A stretch of 64,000 nucleotides of DNA, from positions 112,282,001-112,346,000 of the forward strand of contig NC_042999.1 of NCBI RefSeq assembly GCF_006345805.1, read 5' to 3'. Below the pieces are notes generated by a model, which made no database searches, was not told where the DNA came from, and worked only from the letters and a program-made list of their open reading frames with translations. This stretch comes from Octopus sinensis. Taxonomy: Eukaryota. Shown one piece after another: positions 1-13,395 of the stretch. Numbering within the stretch: the stretch's first letter is position 1; every line of letters starts with the position of its first letter. A program made the position numbers and the translations under genes.

Positions 1-183
1 GTATCATTATCGAACCGAGAGTTTAACTACGGTCTTTCCATGGTACTTACATAGCATTACGTGCCACCTTGCATCTTCTAGATGCCTATACCTCTCGTAC
101 CTTTGCTTCCTATATATATATATATATTTCACTTTGGGAGTTGGTTTGCACGATTCTTTATATGAGTTCGTGTGCTGAAGGAT

Positions 184-454
184 ATTCTGTTGTGTCTGAG
201 GAGAGTCCTTTTCTTTTTGTGCCTTATAATGTAACAGACTCACCGGTAAAATTTCCACTTATTTCTTATTTTTTATTTTCTTAAAATTTTCGTTGCGTCT
301 TGCAACCTTTTCAATAGTCTTGACTCAAGACTATTGAAAAGGTTGCAAGACGCAACGAAATTTTAGAAAAATAAGAATAAGAACTAAGTGGAAATTTTAC
401 CGGTGTGTTACATTATAAGGCACAAAAAGAAAATTACTCTCCCCAGACACAACA

Positions 455-459
<5 letters not shown>
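184..459. repeat. Long palindrome (about 140-bp arms, 1-nt loop at 324), Penelope-like inverted terminal repeat arrangement
   Basis: Centre ...CAATAGTCTTGA-C-TCAAGACTATTG... is perfect over about 36 bp per arm. Imperfect pairing continues out to ATTCTGTTGTGTCTGAGGAGAG / CTCTCCCCAGACACAACAGTAT. The palindrome is seen directly; the PLE origin is inferred. Confidence 0.8.
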
Positions 460-511
<52 letters not shown>

Positions 512-590
512 TCCCTGACGTATACATCAAAAGCATGTCAGAATCAGTAAGCATTCACACTCTAAACAAACAAGGAATACTGGTGAAACA

Positions 591-646
<56 letters not shown>

Positions 647-3600
647 GCATCGAAACGTGTGTCTGCATATGATGGGTGGAAGACGAAACAACAAAACAGA
701 ATACTCAACTTTAACTAGGTTAAACCGCTACCTTATTATTTACATTGAAAATGAAGACAAATGGTAAGAGGAAATCTTTTTCATGAATTCAGTACAAAAT
801 ACTGAACTTTACCTGCATTTGAAACGTAAATCCTATGTGTTAGATTTACCATTACATAACTACTTCTGCCCTAAAAGAGAAAAACAGATATCAACTATTC
901 TGCTAATGTAAAATTGTGGGAATAAGGAAAATGAAACCTCGTGAATAATACAAAATATGCTTTGTGTGTGTATGTAGGTACAAATGTATGCATATGTGTG
1001 CACGTTTGTGTTTATGTAGGTACAATATACATGTGTGTGTGTGTGTGTGTATGTGTGTGTGTGTGTGTATGTGTGTGTGTGAGTGTAAGTGTGTGCATAT
1101 TATAGTTTGAATGAAACACTGAGCAATTAAAATTGTTAAAAGCCAGAACAATGCAAATTTTAAATAAAGAAGTGAAAACAGTAAAAGAATGCAACAGTTT
1201 ATGCTTTGCCTTATATATTGATATTTCGGGGTTAGACCCCTTAGTCAAAAAAAAAGATAGACAATGGCGAGCTGATATCTTTTGCTCTGATATGTGAGAA
1301 CGGTGGATGCAGTAGACTGGTAGTTTTCCAATTGCCAGTTTACCCCCAGAAGAACCCCTTGTTTAATGGATGGGTTTAGTTCATTAATTAAGCTGGCCTT
1401 CTTGAGGCACAAATTACAGATGTTCCTCTTTATTGCCTTGATACTAACCCTGAAGTCTTGAGCATGGAATTTCATCAGATGTTTTTTTTTTTTTAACTGA
1501 TGTGTTAGTCTGCACATGTTTTTTAATGCAGATATACAATTTCAGGATAGTGCCTCCAGAGTTTATTGCAGACTATTTGGTACGCTCTGCTATTTAATAA
1601 AAGGAAATTGTTTACCAATTGAAATTTGATATTATCTTTTATGTGATTATAAGATTTCATATACGATTTGAATTTAAATTTGAACACTTTAACAGAGACG
1701 GTTTCATGTGGATTGGTTTTGAAAGGGTTAAAGTTTATTGTTGACAGAGAGAAAGAGAATATTTCCGAATTAGTACAGAAGTGTCACATCACGAAATCAT
1801 GTGTTGTCACACTTGGTTACAAAAGTGTGTGTGAAAACACTATGAAGTCATGATTTTAATGGAAAAAAATTTACAAAGAAACAGATGAGTATATGACAAC
1901 ATTTTTAATTATTGTACTTAAAAATACTAGAATTTAATTTTCCAGACGATTGGCAAATATGGTACCTGGTAATACGAGATCACTATTTAATAATAATTTA
2001 CAAACAGAATTAAAAATGGATGACTTAACAAACCAAAATACATTTTTAATAATTATGTCCAACATTTCTCTTGATATAATTTCTCTTGATACAATTTAAA
2101 CTACTTGTTTATCATACTTGAAATTTACACCAAAAACTTCTTTACCCAGTCATACAATCTACTTAATTTGGAGTATAATCACACATTAGACCTGCTCTCC
2201 TAATCACAGTACTTGAGATTATACTAATGTGAGAAGACTCTGCATGGATACTCAACCAGCTAGAAATAGCAGCAAAATTTCCCTCAGATCACATCATGTG
2301 CCATCTTAAAAATAGGAAACGAACATTAAATGAAGTAGTCCAGCACAGAAAAGAAACAAATGGCATGGTCAAAACTGGAATATTTTAGGTGTGTTTGACC
2401 TGAGACTGATTTTCTTAAACAAGAACATCAACAACTTGTGGTTTTGGCAATGTTATTTTGTATAATAATTTTAAAATATATCCATATTACTGATACAAAC
2501 ATGAAATAGTATTAGCGTTAGCTTTCATCTCTTGCCCATTACTATTTCAGTAACGTCTCAGGTCTCTTGTTTCTGTGTATGTGACATTCATTTCAAGTTC
2601 AAGATAATGCAGTTTCATACAAAAAAAAACAAGAAAAAGACTCTGAATAAGAAGCAATCCAAATAGACATTTACAAGCTGTACATGATAGTGGTATGGTT
2701 TATATAACAAGACAAAACCCATACTGTAAGTATTAAGTAAATTCTGATTGTAGATGTCAACCATAGGCAAAATCTACAAAATGGAGATGTTTACAAAACA
2801 GACACAGAAAAATACATTGTAAACAGAGAATAACATACTTAAAGTAGTTTGCAAGTTCCAACAAAATATTACTCACTCAAAATTACAAATATGATTAAAA
2901 GGAAAATCATTAGCATTAATAATAAATCTTGTCATGAATGGTAAGGGAAACAACTCTGAAATCCAAAGTGATTAAAAATTGGTTAGGGACATGCTGTCGG
3001 AAATAAGAATTTTGGTAAGTACAGTGACAACTCTGAACATGTTTCAGCATTATCATACTTCATTAACCATACAGAAAAACACTGCTTATAGATATAAGAT
3101 AGCTGCAGTATGTAGGTGATGGTCTGACAGAGATAGCAATGTGAGTAGTTGGTATTGTTTAGAACTTTATGCTATACTTATTCCACTATGACAGCATGAA
3201 CTTAATGTTTATGAATGTGTTCTTTTGTACATAAATTCTCAGAACAAATATTTCAATAGTTTTTCTTAGAGTAATCATTCAGCCAGGAGACCAGAAGATA
3301 TCTGTTTTCAGTTCTCTTGACTGAGAAATTTTACAAGAACCAATAAAATGGATAATAAATTGATATTACACAAGATTTCTTTACTACCATTTATATTTCT
3401 TCAAATTTACATCAGAACTAGTATGCTGCGATAGGCTGGATGAGTCTGCACTCAGCATTGTTTTGAATACATCACATCCTTGTATCACACCATTTCCAAG
3501 AATTATCTAATTCATTACACCTGTTAATCTTAACTCCATTGTCTGCTATTATTGACTCACAGCCAAAGACGGTGTGCTGGTACAATCATTACTCCTACAG

Positions 3601-4164
3601 ACAAAATACTTAGTAGTATTTTTTCCAGTTATACAACCTGGTTTCAAATGTCACTGAGGTTAGCTTGACTTTCATCCTTTCGGGGTAAATATAATAAGTA
3701 CCAGTTGAACACTGGAATTGGTATAAGTGATTGGCATCCCCACACACACAAAATTTCAGGATTTAGTGCTTATAGTAGAAAGAATTATTAATTCATGATG
3801 TATATCTTTTTTCACTCTGCATACATGAGCTTAGTAGATAGTTTGATAAGTGGCATTATGAAACTCTGCATCCTTGATCCACTTTGTAGCTTCTGCTCAA
3901 TAAAAAATATGTATATATATTTCAATTGTATAGTTGTTATGAATGAATAAACATGTGTGTGTGTGCATGTGTTTATTTTTTATTTTCGCCTAAAAAATGC
4001 AATTTATAAAAGTAATAGAGGTTGATAGTTTTACTTGGTGGATCAGTATTTCAGGGTTAGGACTCCCTTCCTCAGGAAATCTTTAAAGAAAATTTGTTCA
4101 CTGCAAAAAATAATAAACCAGTATAATTTTCATAACTTGTATTGTCTCGGCTTTTAAACTATAT

Positions 4165-4558
4165 ACTCTTTTACTTGTTTCAGTCATTTGACTACAGCCA
4201 TGCTGGAGCACCACCTTTAGTCGAACAAATCGACCCCGGAACTTATTCTTTGTAAGCCCAGTACTTATTCTATCGGTCTATTTTGCCGAACCGCTAAGTG
4301 ACGGGGACGTAAACACACCAGCATCGGTGGTCAAGCAATGTTAGGGGGACAAACACAAACACACACACACACACATACATATATATATACATATATACGA
4401 CAGGCTTCTTTCAGTTTCCGTCTACCAAATCCACTCACAAGGCATTGGTCGGCCCGGGGCTATAGCAGAAGACACTTGCCCAAGATGCCACGCAGTGGGA
4501 CTGAACCCGGAACCATGTGGTTGGTTAGCAAGCTACTTACCACACAGCCACTCCTATA
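4165..4558 (-). mobile_element. tRNA-derived SINE family A, full length
   Basis: Minus strand has a tRNA-like head (GGCTGTGTGGTAAG...GGTTCAGTCCC), a central (CA/TA) tract and a 3' tail CTCCAGCATGGC...GACTGAAACAAGTAAAAGAG. Near-identical copy at 8937-9332. Confidence 0.85.
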
Positions 4559-4585
4559 TTATGCTATATTTAGCATATATATCCC

Positions 4586-4622
<37 letters not shown>

Positions 4623-4734
4623 TGAGGAAGCTGTGTCTCTCTTCTAATGCAAGATATTTTTCTGGTCAATACTAACTCCACCTCATTCTTTGAGGGGTCT
4701 CATTCAACAAGTTACTTGGTAACCTTACTACTGC

Positions 4735-4920
4735 TAGTGACATCGAAAAAGCACCCAGTACACTCTGTAAAGTGGTTAGTGTTAGGAAAGGCTTTCAACT
4801 ACAGAAACCATGCGAAAACAAGACAGCAGGTCTTGGTATACTCTTCTGACTATGCCTGTCAAACCATCCAGCCCATGCCAACATGAAAATTAAATGATGA
4901 TGATGATCATGATGATGACA
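4735..4920 (+). mobile_element. RTE LINE 3' tail fragment with (GAT)n end
   Basis: Matches 24660-24828 (AAAAGCACCC...ACACTCT...GTGGTT.GTGTTAG.AA.GG ... CCATGCCA.CATG.AAA...GATGATGAT). Confidence 0.7.
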
Positions 4921-5670
4921 TATCGTAATATAGCTTATATAACTTAACACGACACAGGAAACACTAAGCCCTACATATAATCCTCCACTCTCTACTGACA
5001 GAACCCCAATATTCATTGCCCATAGTTTACTGCCATCAACTTCAAACACCTTACATTTGCTTATCAACCATGTTCTTTTTCCCAGGTAGCTCTCCTTTTA
5101 TCTTTTTAATTTATTTATCCATAATTATTTTATAAATTTTTTTCTTTATTTCCATTTTCTTTTACCTGTTTCTCTTCTTTCTTTTTCTCTTCCTGGAGTC
5201 TGAAATTAATTTTGCCTTTGAATAATAATATCCACTTAGTGAGAAATATTAGCAAAAATGAATTGAACTTAGAAGGATCAAGTGGAAAGATCAGGCTAGA
5301 GGAAATTTCTGAAAATATTTTGTTTTCACTAATTTTTTTTTAGTTTTATTTTACATGGTTTTTATATTTATTTTAACTTCTTTATCAGTTTTCTTACCAA
5401 ATTTTTATTGATGTTTTATTGATGTTCTTGTTTTACTTTTCAGCACTTACACAAGTCATGTAACTGTGAGGCATATTACTTGAAGTAATTAAAATTTTTA
5501 AAACATTCACTAATAACAGGGATTTGAGCAATTCTGAGAGATTGCCAGGGAAAGCAATGGACTTAATGAATAGGAAGCTAAGCATATACCACACACATAC
5601 ACAACCATTGTACATAAAGAAACAGTATTATGAATACAGTATTTCTTTCTCTCCTTCTCTCCTTCTCTCT

Positions 5671-5672
5671 AC

Positions 5673-5730
<58 letters not shown>

Positions 5731-5899
5731 GTATGGTAAATAGCAATGTGTTTATATGTGTACATGTATATATATCTATCTATCTATCTATCACTTTATA
5801 TATATGTGTGTGTGTGTGTGTATATATATATGTATATATATATATATGTGTGTGTGTGTGTATGTGTGTGTGTATATACATATATATATGTATGTGTAT

Positions 5900-5940
<41 letters not shown>

Positions 5941-6004
5941 TGCCTGTATATGTATATACATATGTGTGTATATATGTATATATACATACATCATGTATGC
6001 ATGC

Positions 6005-6068
<64 letters not shown>

Positions 6069-6070
6069 AG
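5671..6070. repeat. Compound (CT)/(TA)/(TG) microsatellite
   Basis: Direct inspection; source of the spurious YI/CV/HT ORFs. Confidence 0.95.
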
Positions 6071-7469
6071 TGTGTGTATGTTCACCAGCGTGCATACGAT
6101 ACTGAATGCAGCAGGCAAGTACGTATGTTCAGTTCCGTCTTCTGGAGATGGGATTGGAAGTGAAATTTCAAATATGCTCGATGTCAAAATGCTTTTCTGA
6201 GGCGCAATAAGGAGGAAGTGGATATTCTTGTCTTCCTGTTATTCACATTAATGAAAACAATGCCTCAAAGCAATAATAAGAAATTGGAGTTCAATTGTTT
6301 TCCAAGAATTGCCTTAATTTCATTAGATCCTTTTGTTACCAATTTCTGCGGTGCTTTGATATTACAAAGTAATCTTTGTCTTCAATAATGCTTGTAACAT
6401 TGTGTTTTGTTTAATGATTTTTATTGTTTCCATTTATGGAAGCTACTATTGTTGTTGGTGTTGGTGCTGTTGTTGTTACTGTTGACGATGATGTTGTGGT
6501 TGTTGTTCATGTTCTTGCTGACATTGTTGTTATTGTTGTTGCAATCTGTTCTAATTTTATTTATCATAATTTTTTTTTTATCATGCAACTATAAACTGTG
6601 GAAGCAAAAGAAATGAGGTTATAAAACAAAGAATGAACGAAAATACAGAACAGACTGTATGGTTTGTATGTGTATATATATATATATATATGTGTGTATA
6701 TATATGTGTATATATGTGTGTGTTCGAGGTATGTGTATGTAAATGTGTATGTACGTATCTATGTATATACGTATGTATATGGATATATATATATGTGTGT
6801 GTGTGTGTGTATCTATATATGTATTTAAGTATGCATGTCATATGTATATATGTATGCATGTATTTACATATGTATTATGTATGTATGTATATATGTATAT
6901 GTATTTACATATGCATTATGTATGTATGTATATATGTATATGTATTTACATATGCATGTATGTATATGGTAATGGGAACAGTGGTGAGGAGGAGAGAGGG
7001 GCTGATAAAAGAGAAGAGGTGTGAGGCCGTGAAAATAAAATAGGAAGAAATGATATTTAGAATTTCTCAATGTTCGGTAGGTATAATTTAGTTTTAATTC
7101 TTTGAGAGAGTATCTCCGGTTGAACAATAGGACTGTTGTTCACACAACATTGTTTCTAAAAGCTAAAATGAAAATGTCAATATTGTCATGATCTAACACA
7201 ATAGATCTTGCTAACAGATCATATGTACACACACAGAGATATACACACAAATATAAATACATATACCTGTGAGTGTGTGTGTTACTCTGTGTGTGTGTGT
7301 TTCTCTGTGTGTGTGTGTGTGTGTATCGAACTCATACTCACATATTTACATTAGCTTTTTAAATAGAGAACATGCTTTTATTGTATTAAGAAGGTACTTC
7401 AAAAAGAAATGGAACAGTAAATAAAACTATGAAAGAAATCATTCAAAACAAGTAATGTAGAAATCTAAT

Positions 7470-7480
7470 TACATATATAT

Positions 7481-7513
<33 letters not shown>

Positions 7514-7543
7514 ATATATATATATATAATATATATATATGTA

Positions 7544-7585
<42 letters not shown>

Positions 7586-7671
7586 TGTATATATATATAT
7601 TATATATATATATATACATATATATATGCATATATATACATATATGTATGTGTGTATCTATATATATATAT

Positions 7672-7703
<32 letters not shown>

Positions 7704-7710
7704 ATATATA

Positions 7711-7744
<34 letters not shown>

Positions 7745-7835
7745 GTGTATATATATATTATATATATATATAATGCATGTATATATATATATTATATATA
7801 TATATACATATATATATGCATATATATACATATAT

Positions 7836-7925
<90 letters not shown>

Positions 7926-8145
7926 TGTATATATGTATGTATGCATAGATGCTTGTATGTTTATATAAATGTATATCTCTATGTACATATACATATATAT
8001 ATATATTACAAATATATATGTATACACACATATTCATATACATAAATACCCATATATTGACATGCACACACACACATACATATATATGCAGTAATAGTTA
8101 TATATGTGCTTGTGGATATGTGCATCTGATATGTGTGTGTGTGCA

Positions 8146-8191
<46 letters not shown>

Positions 8192-8310
8192 CACACACAC
8201 ATAAAACACTCTACATGTGCATGTATGTGTGTGTACTGATATGTTTGCATCTATATCTGAATGTGTTTGTTTGTGTGTGTGTCTGTGTGTGTGTGCGCGC
8301 ACGCGTGTGT
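7470..8310. repeat. Long (TA)n/(CA)n microsatellite with an internal duplication of about 190 bp
   Basis: ATGCATGTATATATATATATTATATATATATATACATATATATGCATATATATACATATATGTATGTGTGTAT occurs near 7581 and again near 7774. Confidence 0.9.
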
Positions 8311-8936
8311 GTGTGTAAAACAAAAAGATCATTCTTCTTTTTCAATAAAGGACTGCTAGTTTGGTTCTTCAAAATAAATGTCAGACACCCCAGAGCGTAG
8401 GAAGCACTATCAGTTCTTTTTTTCTTTTTTTTTTTTTTGTACTGTGGTTAAAAGTTTAATTGTGTTTACCTAAATAGGTAAAAATAATTAAAGCATGTTG
8501 TTGTCAGTGACAGCCAGGGGGAAAACAGAGATTCCTTATTCACCAAACGTTTACAAGAAGGCAGTTGAAAGGGTGGGTGCCAGTATTCCAGCTGATCCAT
8601 TTTTGAACACTAATTTTTAATATTGCTGAACATTTTAAGAACAAAGACGATATTGATAGAACATAAAATCTGTGTAGATTACTCATGTGGTCAGATACAG
8701 ATAAAAGGGGATGCCACTTAAAGATGCCTGACCTTGCGAAAAGTTTCTGCCAAATCTGCTTCTGCAGAGAAAAAAGTGGATATAACAGGCACAAATATAG
8801 TTGTGCAGTTAAGCTTAGAGATTTAATCCCACACCACAGAACCTTAGGCAAGTACTTTCTACTAATGACCCAGACCAATCAACGACTTGTTAGTGAATTT
8901 GGTCGGCAAAAACGGAGTGGAAGCAGTTGTGTGTAT

Positions 8937-9332
8937 ACTCTCTTTTACTTGCTTTTACTTGTTTCAGTCATTTGACTGCAGCCATGCTGGTGCACCGCCT
9001 TTAGTCAAGCAAATTGACCCAAGGACTTATTCTTTGTAAGCCTAGTACTTATTCTATCGGTCTCTTTTGCTGAACTGCTATGTTACAGGGGACGTAAACA
9101 CACCAGCATCGGTTGTCAAGAGATGTTGGGGGGACAAACACACAAACACACACACACACAGATATATATACGACAGGTTTCTTTCAGCTTCCATCTACCA
9201 AATCCACTCACAAGGCTTTGGTCAGCCAGTGGCTATAGTAGAAGACACTTGCCCAAGGTGCCATGCAGTTGGAATTGAACCCGGAATCATGTGGTTGGTA
9301 AGCAAGCTACTTACCACACAGCGACTCCTGTG
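8937..9332 (-). mobile_element. tRNA-derived SINE family A, full length
   Basis: Colinear with 4165-4558. Confidence 0.85.
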
Positions 9333-9384
9333 TCTATGCACTATATCTATATTGTTTTATACTATATCTACATTCTTTTATTTA

Positions 9385-9575
9385 TTTATTTGCTTCAGTC
9401 ATTTGACTGTGGCCATGCTGGAGCACTGCCTTTACTTGAACTAATCAACCCCAGGACTTATTCTTTGAGAGCCTAGTACTTATTCTATTGGCCTCTTTTA
9501 CTGAACCACTAAGTTATGAGGATGTAAACACACCAACATCAGTTGTCAGGCAATGGTAGGGGAACAAATACAACA
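9385..9575 (-). mobile_element. SINE family A, 3' half
   Basis: Matches the 3' half of 4165-4558. Confidence 0.75.
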
Positions 9576-9635
9576 CACCAAATTGTTCATTTGCAAAATG
9601 ATTTGAAGCTATGAGATAAATTATTTTTATTATCA

Positions 9636-9684
<49 letters not shown>

Positions 9685-9716
9685 CATCATCATCATCGTC
9701 ATCCTTATCATAATCA

Positions 9717-9945
9717 CGGTGGCAAGCTGGTAGAAGCATATTAGAGTGGTGCACAAAATGTTTCATGCTATTTCTTCCAACTCATTCTATTCAGAGTTCG
9801 AATCCTACCAGAGTCAACTTGGTCTTTTGTCCCTCTGGAACCGATGAAATAAAGTATCAGTCAAGTACTGGAGTCAATGTAATTAACCACTCCACCTCCA
9901 CCCTCCAAAATTGCTGGCCTTTGAAACAATTATTAATTATTATTA
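9717..9945 (+). mobile_element. tRNA-derived SINE family B, decayed
   Basis: GGCAAGCTGGTAGAA...GAGTTCGAATCC...GATGAAATAAAGTATCAGTCAAGTACTGGAGTC; matches 35885-36100. Confidence 0.7.
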
Positions 9946-9949
9946 TTAT

Positions 9950-10420
9950 GACTATCGTTTACCAATTCTTACTGTTGTTCCTTCGTTATAGAGCTGGGAT
10001 CAAATCCATGGTTCTAGAGAGCCAAAGGTGTATTGTTACTATTTAATGAAGTGCACCTTTCAGATTGTGACTGGTTCCCAGTGTGCTGATCGTTAGGTGC
10101 TCATGGATGTTGAGATTACCAGTTTGTTAGTGGATTTGTTCAGTCCTTTTTTCATGGGCCCTAGAGCACCAATACCAATAGGTAGTACTTCAGTATTTAT
10201 TGCCCACATCCAGTTTATTTCTGTCTCTAAGTCTTTGTACTCTGATAATTTTTCCATGATTTCTGTGGATGTATTTCACTCTGATTATACTGCTACACCT
10301 ATTTTTAGGCATTTATTTTCTTTCTAATCCTTGATACTGATGTCCATACAGTTTGCTGTTATTTTCCAATCAGTATAAATAGGTATATCTCATAGCATGG
10401 TGGTGTTCTAATTTTCCTTG
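9950..10420 (-). mobile_element. Decayed R4/Dong-type LINE 3' fragment
   Basis: Minus translation gives EIMEKLSEYKDLETEINWMWAINTEVLPIGIGALG, homologous to EMEKLSKYKDLEIEVTRMWNLKTETIPIIVGALG in the 40-kb element. The 3' end abuts a short (TAA)n. Confidence 0.7.
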
Positions 10421-10424
10421 AATG

Positions 10425-10612
10425 CTTCCAGTCAATGCTTAGCTGCATTTTGTCATCTTTATGTTCTGGGTTCAAATGCCTCCGGGGTCAGCTTTGTTTT
10501 TCATTTTTTGGGAGTTGATGAAATAAGTACCAGTTGAAAACTGGAGTCAATTTAATCAACTTAGCTCCTCTCCTAAAATTGCTGGCCTTGTGCCACAATT
10601 TGAAACCAATAT
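10425..10612 (+). mobile_element. SINE family B, decayed
   Basis: TTCTGGGTTCAAAT...GATGAAATAAGTACCAGTTGAAAACTGGAGTC...AAATTGCTGGCCTTGTGCC. Confidence 0.65.
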
Positions 10613-11552
10613 TTTATGCCCTTTGTCATGAGAACTCTACTTTCATTCTATGAGGTATTATCATGTATGGCAGGTAAAATGTAGACAGTGAAAAATGTAT
10701 GATTGATTGGTTGGTTGATGGACAAATGGGTAAATAAATAGTCAGATGAAACTATCTGTGTAAAGTAGTCAAGAGTCATGGGTATTTAACAATGCAGACA
10801 AGAAAGTAGAAAACCATGTTTATAGAAATGCAGAAATCATGGATAGTAAGAGAGTGAAATGAAAGCAAATGATATTCAAAAGAAGGGAAAAAAAGGAAGC
10901 TGCCATGAGAAGTTAATAGGAATACATGCAATGTACTTAGACAGGTATAAACAACAAAATTATTTTTCGTCTTTCAGTGGTTTGATCAGGTATAGGAAAA
11001 TTTTCAGTCTGCAGAGAAATGGCTAAAATTTGCTCTGTTTATAATTATACCATATGTTACATATTTATTATATCATTTCTTGATACTGTGTGGACTAAGA
11101 TCCCCATTGAAAGACCGCTGGTATTTATAGAGTGTTAAACACTTTCAGTATGCAAATTAAGAACTCCTTCATAGAGTAACTGCTGCATTTGTTGAGTATA
11201 TAAACATTTTGGCAGCTTGATTTTTTTTTTTTCTGAAGACTATCAGAATGATGTGGACACCTCTGATAAGAACCCAATAAGGTTCAGAAATCAGTTAAAG
11301 TTGTTTATCATCTTTTCATTTTCAGTCAGTGGAGAAATGGCTAAAATTTGCCCTGTTTATAATTATACCATATGTTATGTATACATGCACAAAGTTATAC
11401 AATGCATACAGATAAGTACAGGCATATCTGTGTGCTTAAGCAAGTTCAATCATATAGCATGGTACCTTCAGTAAGAGTTCTACTTTAGTTTCTGTTTGAG
11501 TAATGTTTTGTGAGAGTGGAATTTTGTAGATGGAAACTGAGCAGAAGACTTT

Positions 11553-11855
11553 CATAAGCTGTGTAGTAAGAAGTCTGCTTCCCAATCACATGGTTCCAGA
11601 TTCAGTCCCACTGCAAATATATGTATGTATATGTTTGTGTGTCTGTGTTTGTCTCCCCACCACCTACCCATCATCGCTTGACAACCAATGTTGGTGTGTT
11701 TACATCCCTGTAACTTAGCAGTTCAGCAAAAAAAGCCAATAGAATAAGTACTGGGCTTACAAAGAATAAGTGCTGTCATCGATTTCTTCAACTAAAGGTG
11801 CTGCTCCAGCATGGCTACAGTCAAATGACTGAAACAAGTAAAAGAATAGAATATA
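11553..11855 (+). mobile_element. SINE family A with internal deletion
   Basis: Head GCTGTGTAGTAAG...CAGATTCAGTCCCACTGC joined to the 3' half and tail GACTGAAACAAGTAAAAGAATAGAATA. Confidence 0.75.
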
Positions 11856-12189
11856 TAGATACACATGTTCATGTATGAATATGTTTAAGTACATGTGGCT
11901 GCTTTTTTTTATTGGTTTCAAACAGCTGTTGTGTGAAAAAGAAGGGTACCTTAATACTTCAAAAGATATACTTCAATAAAATAAGTACTAAGCTGAAATA
12001 AATACTGGAGTCAATTTTTTTAGATAAGAACCTTGAACGCAGTGCCCCAGAATGGCTACAATCAAATGGCTATAATTAAGATAAATAAGAAAACGAATAA
12101 CCCTCAACTTTATTTTTCATCAAAGGTTTGATGTATCTGTAATACATATTCCTCTATTTGTCACAACTTGGTATCATTGTATCTCTGTA

Positions 12190-12386
12190 TGTTTATGCCA
12201 CCACCATTGCTTGACAATTGATGTTGGCATGTTTATGTCCCCGTAACTTAGCAGTTCGGCAAAAGAGACTGATAGTATAAGTACTTGGCTAACAAAGAAT
12301 AAGTCCTGGTGTCGATTTGTTCAACTAAAGTTGCTGCTCCAGCATGGCTGCGATCAAATAACTGAAACAAATAAAAGAATAAAAGA

Positions 12387-12390
<4 letters not shown>
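12190..12390 (+). mobile_element. SINE family A, 3' half
   Basis: TTGCTTGACAA...GTAACTTAGCAGTTCGGCAAAAGAGAC...CTCCAGCATGGCTGCG...ACTGAAACAAATAAAAGAATA. Confidence 0.75.
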
Positions 12391-12426
<36 letters not shown>

Positions 12427-12436
12427 ATATATATAT

Positions 12437-12631
12437 GCCTTTAAGGACATTGCAAAGTGCCTGGTTGGAGGTCCAACCTTCCAAGTTCTTTCACAGTGCT
12501 TAGAAAAACTGAAGGACTTTTGCAATAAGAATGTGAATCTGAGATGGGAATATGTTGAATAAAACCATAATTAACTGATCCTCCTGTATTTTCCTTTACC
12601 CAAAGCCACAAACTTTTCAGCACCCGCCTCA
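12437..12631 (+). mobile_element. Mariner 3' end fragment with one TIR (CGAGG-type terminus, CpG-decayed)
   Basis: Translates, with one frameshift, as AWLEVQPSKFF / EKLKDFCNKNVNLRWEYVE*, a typical mariner C-terminus. Ends ...AAACTTTTCAGCACCCGCCTCA followed by TA. Confidence 0.65.
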
Positions 12632-13014
12632 TATATTCAGTTATATATATGCATATATTTGTGTGTGTGCATGTGTGCATAATAAGTAACTAACAACATG
12701 TTTACATTATTTTTGATATTTCTAGTTTTCTGTTGACTTGATATTTTTTCTCATTTTTTTTTTTTCTCTTTTTGTTGCTGTGGCTGTGGTATATGAGAAA
12801 ATATGTAAGTATTCAATTATTTCCACTCCAGTAAGCAAATACTCCACATCTGGGAATCCATACAGAATCTTTCAAATCTTAGGTGTTGACTTAAAGCAGC
12901 ATGTAAACCTATTTATTGTTAGGTGTATCAATACTTTATTTATGAATACCATATTTTATTTTTATGACACTAATTTTTTTATCTTTCAAATTTATAATTG
13001 TGGTTATAGTTGTT

Positions 13015-13033
13015 GCTATTATTATCATCATCA

Positions 13034-13121
<88 letters not shown>

Positions 13122-13290
13122 TTTATATATTTATTAGTAGTTGAAGTAGTATAGGTATGTTGTTTGCTATAAGTATATAAGACATGGCTTTAAAAATCTC
13201 TCACCCTAGCAAGGCAAGAATATCTTCAAGAAAAAAATAATAAAAATAAAGTAACACAACAGAGAGGAGAATAAACAATAACAATAATAA

Positions 13291-13325
<35 letters not shown>

Positions 13326-13333
13326 TAATAATA

Positions 13334-13392
<59 letters not shown>

Positions 13393-13395
13393 TCA
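13015..13395. repeat. (TAT)n and (AAT)n microsatellites in opposite orientation
   Basis: (TAT)n at about 13015-13120, (AAT)n at about 13290-13395. Confidence 0.9.

Noticed and set aside
719-763. Candidate 45-nt plus-strand exon LNRYLIIYIENEDK with a GTAAGA donor
   Set aside because: Good splice signals but no recognisable homology and no phase link to the other candidates; chance is likely.
1245-1517. 90-aa minus ORF in unique sequence (also 8540-8878, 16256-16588 and 16802-17149)
   Set aside because: No domain recognised, no convincing splice boundaries, and lengths are within chance expectation.
5733-8400. Dozens of long ORFs rich in YI, CV, HT or poly-I/L/Y here and throughout the window
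   Set aside because: They are translations of (TA)n, (TG)n, (CA)n and (TAT)n microsatellites, which lack stops in several frames.
10978-10989. Possible 12-nt micro-exon TGGTTTGATCAG with CTTTCAG and GTATAG flanks
   Set aside because: Contains a stop in phase 1, so it does not fit the proposed exon chain; unverifiable.
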